From: an uncultured virus (IMG/VR IMGVR_UViG_3300031851_000015)
Lineage: Duplodnaviria; Heunggongvirae; Uroviricota; Caudoviricetes
Direction: 5' to 3' (one strand)
Length of the DNA stretch: 64,000 bases
Virus record (IMG/VR): IMGVR_UViG_3300031851_000015
This document shows, piece after piece, positions 63,628-64,000 of this stretch. The notes under the pieces were generated by a model. The model saw only the letters and a program-made list of their open reading frames with translations, did no database searches and was not told the origin of the DNA. A program made the translations under genes and the position numbers. Numbering within the stretch: the stretch's first letter is position 1; each line of letters begins with the position of its first letter.

Positions 63628-64000
63628 TACAAGCCTCCACTGCTTCTGCTAAAGTTTCATGAATTTCTGTTGCCATTGCTGTCATAAAAGGATTTAAAGT
63701 ATCAATAGGAGCTACCCACATAATAATTACTTTATTCTTCATATGAGCAAACATTACTTCCGCAGCAGTACCTTGACCTTTAACTCCTGGTAGGTCTCGC
63801 ATATCAACAAGTACTACTTCACAGCGAGCTATATCTCTTAAATCTTGTTTAAAGATTCTGTTAGCAATATTGCGATCCAATCCCCTATCATTAAGTATTT
63901 GCTCATGATAGCTAATGCGCCTAGTAGGATCAAGCACTTTAATATCAGAGTCTCCAAGTTTATCGTGAGCATACCAACGCCATGATTTCATGTCTTGAGC
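63611..64000 (-). CDS. Nucleoside 2-deoxyribosyltransferase-like protein (5'-truncated by the window edge)
   Basis: WR...LDP-RR, DL-DI--C-VVLV and GTAAEV-FA---NK motifs; frame is open to the window end. Confidence 0.7.
   Translation of the reverse strand, partial: AQDMKSWRWYAHDKLGDSDIKVLDPTRRISYHEQILNDRGLDRNIANRIFKQDLRDIARCEVVLVDMRDLPGVKGQGTAAEVMFAHMKNKVIIMWVAPIDTLNPFMTAMATEIHETLAEAVEACIEHAG

Noticed and set aside
1..64000. tRNA genes, integrase/lysogeny module, alternative genetic code
   Set aside because: None recognised by eye, and standard-code ORFs tile the minus strand densely; tRNAscan was not run

Overview
A 64 kb segment of a lytic, AT-rich, long-tailed (siphovirus-type) dsDNA phage, with essentially all genes on the minus strand. 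The host is probably a marine alphaproteobacterium, inferred from DUF1127, a class II RNR, a SleB hydrolase and PhoH. In transcription order (right to left) the window holds: (1) a T7-like replication and nucleotide module (DNA polymerase A, 5'-3' exonuclease, primase-helicase, NrdJ, glutaredoxin, MazG, DUF3310, sulfotransferase); (2) terminases and a cluster of very basic small proteins; (3) tail fibres, PhoH, tail tip and lysis genes; (4) an SPP1-like head module; (5) the tail tube, a frameshifting chaperone and the tape measure protein; (6) a block of small early-type genes. The standout is the 1451-aa gene at the minor-head-protein position (14937-19292). It fuses an N-terminal MuF/SPP1-gp7 head morphogenesis domain to an apparently complete T7-type single-subunit RNA polymerase, so it is a candidate capsid-loaded RNA polymerase. 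The window also has a repeated 23-bp T7-like promoter (TAATACCTGACGTTWAAGAAYAA), including one antisense copy inside the tail-tip gene, and a second unrelated 30-bp motif upstream of the early-type genes. Several structured non-coding elements sit directly downstream of the promoters. All calls come from motif recognition by eye; no database searches or folding programs were run.
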